DNA of 63,989 bases, the filler included, from Lenisia limosa (Eukaryota; Protista; Breviatea), in assembly GCA_001655205.1 (NCBI GenBank). It is 13 parts of 13 records of this genome, joined end to end, with 100 filler letters (N's around TTAATTAATTAA, not from the genome) between each part and the next. Parts side by side here need not be neighbours in the genome. Positions count along the whole stretch, not along the records: positions 8,557 to 12,668 come from LPNZ01007320.1; positions 12,769 to 28,580 come from LPNZ01010977.1; 11 more parts are not named here. The stretch is one strand, 5' to 3'. Below are positions 11,901-24,424 of the stretch, in pieces; within the stretch, counting starts at the first letter, position 1; each line of letters opens with the position of its first letter. The notes beneath the pieces are model-generated. The model was not told the origin of the DNA and did not search any database. It saw only the letters and a program-made list of their open reading frames with translations. The position numbers and the translations under genes were made by a program.

Positions 11901-12533
11901 NNNNNNNNNNNNNNNNNNNNNNNNNNNNNNNNNNNNNNNNNNNNNNNNNNNNNNNNNNNNNNNNNNNNNNNNNNNNNNNNNNNNNNNNNNNNNGTGTGTT
12001 TAGCCAAACTGGGTATTTTTTTTATGTTGTGTTGTTGTGTATGTCCGTTACGTGTCATTGTAGCTTGTTTTACGTGTCATTTGGTTCTTACTGTAGCTTT
12101 TTTTTTTTTTTTTTTTTTTTTNNNNNNNNNNNNNNNNNNNNNNNNNNNNNNNNNNNNNNNNNNNNNNNNNNNNNNNNNNNNNNNNNNNNNNNNNNNNNNN
12201 NNNNNNNNNNNNNNNNNNNNNNNNNNNNNNNNNNNNNNNNNNNNNNNNNNNNNNNNNNNNNNNNNNNNNNNNNNNAAATGAGTGGGGGAGGGGACTGAGA
12301 AAATTGAGAAGAGTTTTCTGTACATTGCCCAAAACAAACAAGCCTGCTTAATTTAACAAAATCTAAAAACTCGAACAAATACCTTGCAATTCTGCGTTAT
12401 TTATTCATGGTATCCATATGCCTTGTACTCGTCATTTCACAAATAAACATTGCACCAACTGCCTCTAACACGTATAGTTCCGACTCTGAGGAAGAGGGTG
12501 CATGTCCCCCTGAAAAGCCTAAGGGCTGTCTTG
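8916..12533 (+). CDS. SRRT: SERRATE/Ars2-like protein, N-terminal RS-rich and acidic regions, partial
   Basis: RS-rich exons (RSPSRVDDFGRDR, RSRSPSPR), then LLTLNDFM and YDKYLDLLRRRRIDVFFDTHKGDDWLQEK, like the recalled Ars2 motif RYNDYK...FFLAHKDEEWFRSKYHP, followed by acidic exons. Confidence 0.7.
9833..9922. mobile_element. MITE-A copy directly after a GTAAG sequence
   Basis: GTAAG-TAGGGCTTTACTTCGGTTCGAAAAAAGAC...CGAACCGAAGTGGCCC. Confidence 0.8.
10138..10210 (+). repeat. IAE tail followed head-to-tail by a second IAE head
   Basis: GAATTTTTGGCTTTTTTTTGTTTCATAAATTTTCCAATTTTAC...AGTGATGGGATGCGGTGCTG-[N gap]. Confidence 0.75.
11611..11710. mobile_element. MITE-A subfamily 2 (TIR GGGCTTCCCTACG)
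   Basis: TAGGGCTTCCCTACGTTCCC...GGACCGTAGGGAAGCCCTA, same core as MITE-A. Confidence 0.85.
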
Positions 12534-14619
12534 GTATGTTGGGAGTTGGTTGGTTTCAAATAAGACTACTTCCATTCATCGATTTTATTTTTTGAACCGC
12601 AAAGCCCGGCAGTAAAAAAGGCACAACAGTATCGAATATTAGACATGACTCGTTGTCACCAGAAAGAGNNNNNNNNNNNNNNNNNNNNNNNNNNNNNNNN
12701 NNNNNNNNNNNNTTAATTAATTAANNNNNNNNNNNNNNNNNNNNNNNNNNNNNNNNNNNNNNNNNNNNGTAACCTAGAGACATTTTAGTAGAGAATACGA
12801 GACAAATAGGGCAAAAAATGAGCACAAATTACCCATAAATGGGCGAAATATGATAGAAGATGTTAATGAATCAAGCGAATTTGACTCTTACCTTTTGTGC
12901 CGTTCNNNNNNNNNNTAAAACCGCGAACATGATTAAAACCGCGAACATTAAAACCGCGAACAAAAAGGAGGCTTTTCTTTCAATTTTTGAGTCAATACGC
13001 TCCTTATTTACGCCTCTTTCGCATTTTTTGCAAATTATCGCCCGAAACACTCCTTTAAACAGGGTTTTATTCAGAAGAATAGGCAGGGGTATCAACATAC
13101 ATGCAATTTCATGCGAAATACATTAAAAACACTGATTATGGGCCTAGAATTGTCCCTGCGATAAAGNNNNNNNNNNTCATTTTTTGCCAATTATCGCCCG
13201 AAACACTCCTTTATACAGGGTTTGAATTGTCCCTGCGATAAAGTGAAGACGTTCTTGTACCATCAGATTTGATTTTTTCCACTCTTGAGTAACCTAGAGA
13301 CATTTTAGTAGAGAATACGAGACAAATAGGGCAAAAAATGAGCACAAAGTACCCATAAATGGGCGAAATATGATAGAAGATGTTAATAAATCAAGCGAAT
13401 TTGACTCTTACCTTTTGTGCCGTTCCAAACGGTAAATGGGTTATTGACGCAGTATGGCTCTACTATAGAGACTGAACAAGGAAAATTCTTGAAAAATGAC
13501 AAAAGTTGACTTAAATACCTCGAAACCATTACATTTTCTCCAAAAATGGACTTCAGATTCGAATTCTCCTTAAAAATCTGCGTTTCTATGGTGGGGCACT
13601 TTAATAGGCTCAAAATGCGGAAACTGGGTGACCCCGGCCGGGTTCGATTCTGATCAAAATATCTTTTTTTTCGATTTTTTTATCTCTTTTTTCTTCTTCT
13701 TTTTGCTCATAGTTTCTTTGTAGTCTATTACTCAAAACTGCCGAATTTCACACTAAAAAGGGTGTTATTGAAGCGATTTATGTCGATTNNNNNNNNNNCT
13801 ATACATACATATCCCACCGGTCATAAATCAGGTGGAAATCAAAAAAATTGAAAATTTTGGCTCTATTTAGCCTCAAACTTGGACGGAAAACACAATAAAA
13901 TTTCTTTACTATACACCATGATATTACATGTTAATCTTTTTAGCTGATTTTTAAAAAGTTTCACTGATGGGCATCAAAAACAAGGGTTAAAGAATAATAA
14001 TGGTAAAAAAAAATTTCCGTATTCTTTGGTGGGCACAAAGTTGCTTTTTTTCAGCTGACAATTTNNNNNNNNNNNNNNNNNNNNNNNNNNNNNNNNNNNN
14101 NNNNNNNNNNNNNNNNNNNNNNNACATCTTTGCTGTCTTTTGTGCTCATTTGATGACATTATACTGTTAATTGGTGCCTGAAATTGATAGAGTAGGTACA
14201 TAATTATTTTTTTTGCTTTGATAATGCTTAGAGTCAGTTACTTTGGCATTTCTGTGTGTTTGTTTATATGATTGGTGTTTTATTGGCAACCCTCCGATAT
14301 TCAAATTCTGATTTATTTGGTGAGCTTTCATGTCAAATATTGTTCTTTGTGAACCGTTTTTTCTTTTCTATAGTATAAATGAGGCATTTGTCTCAACAAA
14401 TGGATAAATCGAGTTGTTTTTAAAAGAAACGTAGTGTTCTTGTGTCTTTTTCAACCCTGTCTTCACTTTTATTTGTGATCTTTTCTATTTACTTCTCATA
14501 GAGAACGTTGGATTACTTCACAAGGCCATTTTCCAAGTGATAATCAGCCGGCAAACCTTGTATGTGTTTAGTTATTTGCTAACTTCTTAGTTGTGTATAC
14601 TCACATACAATCTAGGCTT

Positions 14620-15047
14620 CTTCGCTGTAATGATTCACTTGGATCAACATGTTGATAAGTACTCTACGTGGCTTGATGTCCCTGAAGAGGTCAAGGAAGC
14701 TGTAGTCCGCAAGCAAGTTGACGAGTACCTGGTTGCGAAGACTCAACAAGACACTCTTGGGGAGCAATCCTATTACGAACGAAAAAAGAGGGGCATTATC
14801 AGGGTTGGTGACGTGATGTCATTTGATTTGTACTTATTCAGTGAAAATGTTGACATGCTTGTTGGTTCAAAAAGTCAACTTCCACCAATATTTCGACCAC
14901 GGATCAATTCCCAGAATCCCTTCATCGGTGTTCGATAGGGCAATCAACAAACATAAACACAATGAATACCCATTGACAGGAAGAAACGCAGGAAGAAGAC
15001 CAGTCGAGCACGATGCAGTCATCAGAACTCTTCAGAAGTATGAAGCG
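14620..15047 (+). CDS. Hypothetical spliced protein fragment
   Basis: Open frames DQHVDKYSTWLDVPEEVKEAVVRKQVDEYL...KRGIIR and HQYFDHGSIPRIPSS...LQKYEA|GTAAG, plausibly joined by a ~70-nt intron. No family recognised. Confidence 0.35.
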
Positions 15048-16705
15048 GTAAGTTTGTAACTTTAATGCAAACTTATGCAAAATACAGGTAGCTGGCATTA
15101 AGTCAAATAAATGATGTTTATTATGGTTCTCTGAAAACACTAGGTATTCAATACAGCTTACTATATGCTCCACACAACTCCAATTTCCTACGTTCTCGTT
15201 GTAATACTCTTTCGCCTCCAGACGCTTCTTTACGATCGCTTCGGCAATAAAGAACAGCCACTTCATCCCAGTGCATTGTGAGCCTGGTATAGTGACAAAT
15301 GGGGTCCAAGTATGAAAGGAAGGTGTTGAGGTGGAGTTTGGCAGACTCATAGAGGATGGGAGCCGCGGCCGGGGGATTATTTAATATGATATGATGTCTA
15401 GATATGAGAAATAAGGCAAGCCATTAACAAAAGTAATGACCAAAAATGACGCCAAAAAAGACTGGATTTTTAATACGTCAAATACAAAACGATATGTATA
15501 CGATCAAAAAATTTGAATTGCGAATAGTTACCAGAAACAATCAATTTTGCAATGTCATATACAATAGGCCCACTACAAATAATACCTCAGGTTTATCATA
15601 CCTTGAAGTATAGACTCGTCATCACTATCATCTTCGTTTGTGAAGGTGAGGTGGATGGTGACCTTTTGGCGTTGTCATCGAAGGTAAGGTTGGACCAGAG
15701 AAGAGGAGCCGAGTCTGAGCCAAAGCAAAGTCCAAGAAAGAAGAAAAGCGGGTATAGAGCCTTGAAAATAAAACCAATTAACTGTAAACGTGAGTCATTT
15801 TTAACTTGGAATTCTGCACCGTTTGTTAATTGGATTAGCGACCAAACATACAGAGTACGTGCTTGGCCCTGGCGTCAGCAGCGGTAAAGAAGGCAGTTAG
15901 CGCAAGAAGATCCCCAAATTTAATAGCATCTGCTGACTTTGACCTTCTTCCATTGCGTGTCTAGGTGTGTGAAAAAATACAGTTAAAACCAATTTCTATT
16001 TCCCAAAAATAAAAAATAAATACCAACATCTTCCATCTTGAAGGCCGCAAGAAGCCTGGCAATACGGGAAATCATACCGACGTGGTTATTTTATGCTGAG
16101 ATAATTCAATATTTTGAGGGAGATTTATACTGCTCTTATGCCGCACCATAGCGATTTTCAACCAGTATTATTTTTTTGCTAAATCCATCTATTTTTGTTT
16201 TGATTTAAGTAGTCTTTTAACTCTTGGATTTCACAGTTGGGAAATGGAAGTTGTCCGTATCATATACTATATAACTTTCACAATTGAGCTGTTTATCTCC
16301 TGATAGTTTAGAACTGTTCCATTGAAGACTCCTGAAGTAGATGAGGAGGAGTCCGATGAGTACAGTGGTTTTGACGATAGTACTGATGTTTCATCAGTAC
16401 CATCGTCCAAGACGCCCTCAAGATTCATTTTGTGGAGAAATCAATTGAATTGAGTCTTTTTATCTCTCATTTTGGCAGGCGAAAACCATGTGTTCGGACC
16501 CCAGATTTGTCCAGAATTACCAGTGTGCGATTACACCAACATCGTTGCCTGGAGAATGGAATCTCAGCGTCTTGGGCGTTTTGCCCCACTGAAGCCGGTG
16601 TTTATACAGAGTTGTGAAAGGCAAATGGTAGGGTGCAATCTCTGATATGTTGGGAGGAACCTTATTTTCCCCACACGGCTATGATTGCTCATTTCCACGC
16701 GTATG

Positions 16706-16916
16706 AAAACACAATGACTGCCATGCCTCATGAAACCGAAAGAACAAACGGGGTTTACCCTTGTGTTTAAAACAGATGTTATTCTGCCTTGAAAGTCGCA
16801 TTTTTCAAATTCCCTTATGGAAATGGTGTAATTATTTGTGTTTGCCCAACCATTTGAAACACAAGGGTGAATACCGTTTGTTCTTTCGGTTTCATGAGGC
16901 CTGTCAGTCAATGTTT
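16706..16916. mobile_element. MITE-C: ~210-bp element with long terminal inverted repeats
   Basis: Perfect 27-bp inverted repeat GCCTCATGAAACCGAAAGAACAAACGG at 16725-16751 and 16874-16900, with imperfect extension on both sides. Confidence 0.7.
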
Positions 16917-18245
16917 ACACCCGCGTTGTGGCGATGAGGTTTCTCCCATTGGATAATGACCAAAAATGACGCCAAAACAAGACATGATTTGATTTCAAAC
17001 AACTGTTGTGTGGTTTGGTTCCCCTTCCAAAAAAACACAAACCCGGGTCCAAAACCAGGCTATCCACGCAATGTACGAGCCCGATGCCAAGATAATGGAA
17101 ATGCTGACAGCGGTAAGAATGAAAAATCGAAGTAAAACTATCCTTGTTATTTGCCAAAAACTGACAGATTCATCATACACTTCCACCATTGAGATCATTT
17201 CTGAGATTTCCAGCAAGAGACTGGATTGAACTTGCCGAGCCAGGTTTTTTTTTATATATCATCTCTTTCTCTGAAAAAAATATTGGTGTTGTCTTGTCAA
17301 ATACATCACTGCTGATACTCTGAAACATGCTCGGGTTTCTATCCGAGGGAAGCGCACTTGTTGTCACGCCTATGATGTCACACGAAATGATTCAGACTGG
17401 TAGCGTACCTTCTCAAATAACGTCTTCAAAGGTGAGTAGACCAGTAACTGATTGACACTTCCTTTTTGGACCGATTTATGGAGAAACGTGCGATTCAAAG
17501 TGGGACAAACAAGTGTCTATTTCACAAGGTATAGTTCTAATTATAAGAATAAGAGTAACAATCATGACTGAAAGAGGATCAATTGTGTATAAAAGAGGAA
17601 AAAAGGGTAATATAAACATATTAGGAGTAGCAGCGACACCAAACCCCGTGGGGAGCGGATTTCTAAATATTATAGAAAGTGAAATAACGACAGAAGATCC
17701 CAGGAAGAGCGCTATGTTTCAAAAACAAAGTTTGCCAGAGTTGTTTGTTCTGTACGCCTCTCACTGTCTTTAAATGCAATTGAAGTGCGCCAGTTTTACA
17801 TGAATCCAGGCTCCGCTCACTCCTAACCAACTTTGAACTTTTGAGCTTTGAACTTTAATGCACCAATAATCTGGGGGGTTATATTCATCTAATTTAATTG
17901 TTTGTAGTTGAGACAATGGTTTGACTCCTACATTGATGGGTTTAGTCCAGTGTTTCTAGAACATTCCTAAAAAATTGGTGTTTTTCGAGTTTAGTGTATT
18001 TTTCAACTATTACACTAAACTAGAAATGGAAAATACACTCAACTAGGAGTTGAAAAACAATAAAATATTCAAAACTAGAAATACACTAAACTAGAACAAC
18101 TCAGAAAGATATGACAACAAAATAGATTAAAAAATTCGAAACTCTCATCTTCCAGACCATTTCTGAGCTTCATCTTAGTATCATTTTGTGTATCTTAAAA
18201 GTGAGATGTGCATCATTTGGAGATAATGCTACTAGCCTCTCTACC

Positions 18246-18460
18246 CCCGTAAAAAACTGTTCAATTGATTAAAACTTGCATTCCCGGGAAGGAAAGCAAG
18301 AGAGAGCACGAAGCCTCTGTTTTCAAAGAAAGAAAGGATTGGATAGATCGGGATATTTTCTTCCTTTGATGAGGAAAAATCTTGATTTCTCATGTTCAAT
18401 GTATCTCGTTCTCTTTTCTCTTTTCAAATGATTGTATCTTTCAATAACAATCAATTCAGC
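18246..18460 (+). repeat. Dispersed repeat shared with 30712-30880
   Basis: Shared blocks AAAACTTGCATTCCC, AAGAGAGCACGAAG and CTCTTTTCTCTTTTCAAATGATTGTATCTTTCAATA.CAATCAATTC. Confidence 0.75.
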
Positions 18461-18757
18461 GCAAAGGATAGATATCAGGCACTAAAAAAGGAAAATGAGA
18501 GATCACTTCTTCTTTTTTTTTTAATTTTATTTTTTTTTTGAAAAAAAATAAAACTTGTGCAAGACTCGAACCCAGAAAGTTCGATGCACATCAGATTATT
18601 CCCCCCAAAAAGGTGGACCAGTGTCCCACATATTTTTATACCTATACACCTCCGGAATTGAAGAAATGCTGAAAAACTGCCCATTTTTTTTTTATTTTGT
18701 TTTGGCAATTGTCATCCTTGTGTCCTTGTGTCATCCAGGTCTCATCAAAGTTTTCAA

Positions 18758-19422
<665 letters not shown>

Positions 19423-20000
19423 TACAAGCAAATTAGTGCGAATTAGTGCACTACTTTGAGAGTATTTGGCTGTAAAGGTCATAGATTATTCTCAGCATTC
19501 ATGAATGTCACTCTGTATCTTAACATCTAAATATACTTCTTTTTTCTGTCAGTTTAGCAATTCCCTTCAAGGTGGATATAAGCCTCTGTCAGAATCTACT
19601 TTTTTATATGAATGCTTGGGACTAGGGTCCTAAAAAGACCATTAAAATGTCGATATTCAATAGAGATATTTAGGTATTTGGCCGGCGGGGGTTGGAATTT
19701 GCATTTTTCCTGCTATAACTCTTCTTTCTTGTCTACGAAGTGGCAACTGTGTCTGTTTAATTAGTATAACCTAGTTCATGTTCTTAGGTGGGTTGATGGA
19801 CAATTTATGAAGCTATCACTGGCCAGATAAAGTATGACGACTTTTTGTTTTCAACTAGGGCCCCTTCCCATTTATTTCCCTGCTCATATGATACGGTTAC
19901 TACTATATCTTGCAATAAACCGCGCTAGTAAGCCAGTTCCCCATCCTTTCGCCGTACGGGTATCATTTATATCTTTGCGAGGACCCTGGTTTTTCACTTC

Positions 20001-20229
20001 ATTATCCTGTTTTGTTCATCTCTTTATCCTATTTATTCACCCTGTTATCTTGTTTGTTCACACTCTTATCCTGTTTGTTCACCCCATTATCCGGTTTGTT
20101 CACCCCATTATCCGGTTTGTTCACCCCATTATCCGGTTTGTTCACTCGTTTAGCCTCTTTGTTCACATCTTTATCCTGGTTTTTCACCCTCTATTCCTGT
20201 TTGTTCACCCTGTTATTCTGTTTGTTCAT
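20001..20229. repeat. 21-bp minisatellite (TTTGTTCACCCCATTATCCGG-like), about 11 degenerate units
   Basis: Three near-identical core units at ~20074-20135 with diverged units on both sides. Confidence 0.9.
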
Positions 20230-21486
20230 CGCGAGAAGATCTTACAACTACAAGAATTTTATCCAAGTAAACACATAACAAAACCATAAAAAACATAAAA
20301 ACATGGTTATAAATTTACTTCCCGTTCGGGATCCTACGGAGCGAGAGTAAATGCTCTTTTTTGTGACGTCGGTGGTGTGACGCTCCTGGAGCCCGTAACA
20401 TTTCAACACTTAGCTGCGGCTTAGCTGTATTTAGCCCATCTGATCCCCCAGAGGCTACTCGGGCCGGCCAGCGACCATCGGGAGCCTCTGGGAGGTTACG
20501 TACTAGAGGAGATCTTTTGCTCTAATTTTCGGAAATAGACTGCTTTAGGGGTATCATTTTATGAATGAACTTCGTTTAAAAAAGATCAGTTTCATTTTTT
20601 AACATGAAATATGATATGTTGCAATGAACAAATCAATGTTGAATGTTGAAATTATGTCAAGTATCCTCATTTTTGCCTCTTAATTATCATATCTGAAGGT
20701 CAATATTGTTTCATGTAACTTTAGCTTTGGGTAAGCTGTCTTCTAGCTCTTCTGCTCTTCTCATCCTCCCAGAATCTATTTTAAGAATCAATTATTGAAT
20801 AAACAGTCTTATATGGATAAATCACGCCTTCTTTAGTTTAATTCCCGCGTTTCTCCCCATGGAAATCTCTTAGTCGCAAGGCCCCAAAATGTCTACAAAG
20901 GAACCGTCTTTCTCCTTGATGTACGCTCTATTTTTTTTCTGAGAAATTGAATATTGCCACTTATTTATTAGGATTTCAATGACGAACCCCGTTATAATTT
21001 TTTTCTTGACTGAACATTCTCCAACCATGTCATAAGATTTGTGAACCTTCGCTCAGGAACAGTATGTTAATTTCTGGTGTTATATCTTCTTCAGGATGAT
21101 GATTGCACCATTTTTGGCGTCATTTTTAAAGACGAAAAAAATATTTCCAAAGCTAGGATTGAATAACATGGTCAAGTGCCTGGAAGATGACAAATGTTGC
21201 ATTCCAGTCAATGGAAAAACCAAAGACTGAAAACTTAAAAAAGTACCAGTCTGCAAGTCAGTTTTTTAAAACCAATGTGATTGAAGTTTGTGTTTTAAAA
21301 ATAACAGATTATTAATTATGCTTCTGAAAAAAAACTGGAGGTTGCTGAAGATTATGATGATGCTGAAAAGGCTTTTGTGAAGGTAGTTGAGTAGTAATAA
21401 TTTTTTAGAATCTCCTGAAGGCGAAGTGATATTAGTCTCAAAGCTGCCAAAAGCATCAAAGAAGCAAAAGATTTGTTTATTGCACA

Positions 21487-21993
21487 ATGGGCTTCACGAA
21501 TACGGGGGAAGATGAGTTTGACTTTTTTGGTTATATAGAGAAGGAATTTCAGCAGAAGCCTTACGGCTCAACTACAAGCTTGGCTCAACTGGAAAAGCTC
21601 TCGCCTCTTGGTTTGTTTGTTCTCTATTCACACGATCTTTTTTCAAAAATGAATATAAACTTTCCACTCCAAATGCGACTGTTCTCTATTCTTGCCAAGG
21701 AAGCAGATGTGGAGACTCTCCCAATTGAGAGTATGTACCTCTTTTCAGGTAAATTTGTGATATTCATTATTTTTTTAAGCTCTTATTAGATTTGCTGGAC
21801 ACCAGAAATTTTCAATCGTGGCACAACAGTTGTCTTTCTATGCGGCAAGTCATGGTGTACTGTTTGTTTTTATTTATGACAGTTCATATCAACCAAAATC
21901 TGTCTGACATTTTCGTCGGGCTATTACAACGAGCTTATTCATAAGGTTAACGCAAGTTCAATTGAAAACCAAAAAAAATCGAGTGAAACGTAA
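21487..21993 (+). CDS. Hypothetical protein with two short GT-AG introns (41 and 28 nt)
   Basis: Removing 21749-21789 and 21855-21882 gives an open frame MGFTNTGEDEF...NQKKSSET-stop. No family recognised; model inferred. Confidence 0.4.
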
Positions 21994-22195
21994 CCCTGAG
22001 ATCATCTTGTACAATATTTACGATAACTTTGCTTGTAATAAGGTAATTGTGGATTCACACTAATGCAGACCCAACTAACCATGTTGCGAAATGAAAAGAT
22101 ATATAAACCCTCTAGTTTTGTCACTTGTTAACATTTTAGAAACCCTCTACGAGTTGGGGANNNNNNNNNNACAACAGAAGAACCCCCCCCCCCAC

Positions 22196-23652
22196 CATAG
22201 CGGTTTTCAATGAGGAAGGGTAGTTCGGCCCTCATTTTTTCGGCCAAAGACTTCAGAGCTTCAATAGCGTCCTCGTTATCTCTCTCGACATCTTCGGCTG
22301 TATTCGTTATATTATGATATTACATACATATCATATCGGTATGTACACTTACGCAATGAGTCCTGACACAAATAAGGAGCTTTATCTTAAGTCAATCGTG
22401 CCAGGACTTATCGCGGTCTCTCTTTATAATTATTTGGGAAATTTCTTCAACATTACTCTTTCAGCATATCACTAGCGGATATGAGTTAGCATATACATGT
22501 ATATATGTATTATATAACGGAAGAGGGTCAATATCACTTCGACTCGAAAGTCGGATATATAATCATGTCACTTGTAGATATGGTTCAATATTTCGACTTG
22601 AAAGTCGGTCATATGACCATATCACTAGTGGATAGGATAAGGTTAACACTTTCCGACAAACCCAGTTTTCTGATGAGAGTCTCGAAGGCGAAGCAACAGC
22701 GGCAATGGGAAGCATACATATAGACCCTGGAGTGGTCAATTTATCAGAGGTAATGAATCGAGATATTGTCTATTGGAACTAAATACGTGAATCGATCGTT
22801 ATATAACATTGGATACATTTCCCGGACCACCTTTCGCTCTTAGATAACTTTTCCTCCCTCCACTTCTTCGTTGTCTTATTTATCCCTCTTCACCCACTAC
22901 TAATCCTCACTCCACCCGCTTCTCAGCATGTGTAGATCTTCTTCGTAAACGATTATCATAAAATATGTATAATAGGGATATAGACTTAGTGTAACCAGTA
23001 TTGAGCAATAATTCCCATCCACGCCGCACTTCTCAGCAAGAAGCTCAGCAATAGCAATGACGTGTTTGATCGGAAGGATCGGAAGGACATGTTCCAAGGC
23101 GCCTGGGACAACTAAGGGAGGGGGGGGGGTAAAATTGGAATATTTATGAAACAAAAAAAAGCCCAAAATCAACTCTGTTGGCTGACAACGTACAATAACA
23201 ACGAAACAAACAAAGCCCAGGCCACTCGCTTCTGCAGCATCGCATACCATCACTAACAAGGCGAACCTTCAGTATCCGTACCTCCCCCCCTCCAAAAAAA
23301 AATCTCAGAAAATATGTCTCCCCTCAAACCTTCATCAGTGAAGAGGGTGTCAGGATCTTCATTGAGTTCCTCCAGAATGTTCTCACCCAAAGCATTGGCC
23401 GCTATATCCGTGAGGAAAATGGTCATACAAAGCGTGAGGAAAATGGTCATACAAAGCGTGAGGAAAATGGTCATATAGTATATTATGCGTGTACATGTAC
23501 TACATAATATGATATATATATGCATATCTTTACTGAAAAGCTATCTATCCCATCCCGCTTCCAAAACCTATCCCCCCACCATCAGCTGTGAATTCGTCCT
23601 CATGGAGAGTCTCAGTCAGTTTGCGGAAATAGCCTCTCTGGTCGTCTCCAAG
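22196..23652 (-). CDS. NOP9: Nop9 (Pumilio-like repeat, 18S rRNA maturation), N-terminal part; start exon possibly near 24294
   Basis: LGDDQRGYFRKLTETL, ENILEEL, GALEHVL, YASHCRCCFAFETLIRKL, LPFLIENRY, collinear with recalled human NOP9 (EALGYFRRALSAL...ACHRCGVHVLQSAL). Confidence 0.7.
23120..23254 (-). repeat. IAE, best full-length copy, just upstream of a Nop9 acceptor
   Basis: Minus strand: AGTGATGGTATGCGATGCTGCAGAAGCGAGTGGCCTGGGCTTTG...GTTGTCAGCCAACAGAGTTGATTTTGGGCTTTT...CATAAATATTCCAATTTTACCCCCCCC; the acceptor AG is at 23103-23104. Confidence 0.85.
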
Positions 23653-23868
23653 CTACAGGCATGAGTCTCTTCCAGACAATGAAGATACGTCATAAGTCCA
23701 TAGTGGATAGGGAAAATCAAAATAAGCTATAGGTTTAGATTGTGAAAACAAGCCTAAATTATTGGAAACGAGTGAAAATATCGATATGTACAGAAGGAAG
23801 GTGAAATAGCCTCCTTGACCATTCACCGACCTACCCAATGAGTCGATAAATCTTATATTACACACAAA

Positions 23869-23871
<3 letters not shown>

Positions 23872-23907
<36 letters not shown>
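23872..23907. repeat. (CA)n microsatellite
   Basis: Uninterrupted CA dinucleotide run. Confidence 0.95.
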
Positions 23908-23909
<2 letters not shown>

Positions 23910-24424
23910 CAAGTCGAATATCTAGGTCACTGAACTAGTATTTGCGGAATGAAAAGCCTTCATCTTATTGTTGGTATCTAGAACACAGATGAACCACCAC
24001 AACAACGCACTTAATGTGCAGAAATTCATAAATAAACTCTCAGAATGCCCAGGATTGGCAACATATCGAACAACCTGCCAGGCCAAAATCGTCACATGAG
24101 ACAACAGGAAAGAACCCCTTACCTCGCCAATCTTGTTTGATCCCATTTCCCATTGCATATGAGGCTCCTAAAGCGGTTAGAAGGCGAGAGGGCTGCATGG
24201 CAACGAACGATCTTAAACATCTTCGTCTCCTCGTCAAGCTCCCTCTCAGGAAGGGCTTCTTCGACATGTTCCTGTTCTTCTTTGTATTCCTCTTCCATAA
24301 TGAAGTCAATAAAGGCCAAGTTTTCATTTTCGCGATCCTGAAATACCGTCTAAAATCGTAATTTCCTTTTGATCCCAATTTTCTGTTGTTCTTGGGCCTC
24401 TCCAGACCCTTCCCCCGCCTAAAT

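Noticed and set aside
12769-13426. ~137-bp direct repeat (12769-12905 / 13290-13426) and smaller repeats at 13036/13190, as LTR-like structure
   Set aside because: The copies abut 10-N gaps at a scaffold start and differ at about two positions; most likely haplotype or overlap echo. No PBS, PPT or internal retroelement ORF.
15600-16074. Minus-strand GC-richer segments with GT-AG introns as a known gene
   Set aside because: No frame stays open across the inferred exons and no family motif was recognised; left unannotated (possible pseudogene).
18568-18600. GACTCGAACCC and GGGTTCGATTC (13641) T-loop-like motifs as tRNA genes
   Set aside because: No acceptor, D or anticodon stems could be folded around either motif.
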